A stretch of 64,000 nucleotides of DNA from Octopus sinensis (taxonomy: Eukaryota), in NCBI RefSeq assembly GCF_006345805.1, contig NC_043001.1:27280001-27344000 (forward strand). The letters run 5' to 3'. Shown here in pieces: positions 1 through 64,000 of this stretch. The notes beneath the pieces are model-generated. The model was given only the letters and a program-made list of their open reading frames with translations, did no database searches and was not told where the DNA came from. The first letter of the stretch is position 1, and each line of letters begins with the position of its first letter. The position numbers were made by a program, and so were the translations under genes.

Positions 1-4
1 TCAG

Positions 5-63842
<63,838 letters not shown>

Positions 63843-64000
63843 GTAAGGCCATCTTTGATTCTTCATTGTTACCAGGGAACATATTCAGTAATTAACATTG
63901 AGCTAAACTCTTTCAATACTAACCTGCCCAAAACTACTCCTGGTTCTATTCCTGCTTTAATATGATTTAAATTAATGTCTGCCATTAAAATCACATGTTA

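Overview
AT-rich, microsatellite- and SINE-dense animal DNA. The repeat families resemble those I recall from Octopus, so the species is inferred, not verified. The window lies entirely inside one + strand multi-exon gene. I read 31 exons (5..63842, 3330 nt) by eye; all have AG/GT boundaries and mutually compatible phases, and they splice into one frame of about 1084 codons. The encoded extracellular mosaic protein runs: (Thr-rich linker-LDLa)x3 - PAN/Apple - LDLa - SRCR - LDLa - SRCR - Thr linker - C-type lectin - Kringle - linker - LDLa x5 - PAN/Apple. This domain mix resembles Tequila/GRAAL/Sp22D-type modular proteins, but no start codon, signal peptide, transmembrane segment or protease domain is in view. 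The gene is built from nested duplications: an old LDLa exon-pair duplication, a ~2-kb linker-LDLa triplication, and a ~56.4-kb-period repeat of the LDLa-PAN block. Between the two PAN copies the exons differ more than the flanking introns, about 1.07 kb of intron is identical, and the second copy has an in-frame TAG where the first has TAC. The introns hold a TSD-flanked Gypsy LTR element, mariner and DD37D transposons, Helentron/HINE derivatives, LINE and Penelope-like relics, many SINEs, several foldback structures, a CpG-rich promoter-like island and a 100-N assembly gap. Exon coordinates were counted by hand; most repeat boundaries are approximate.
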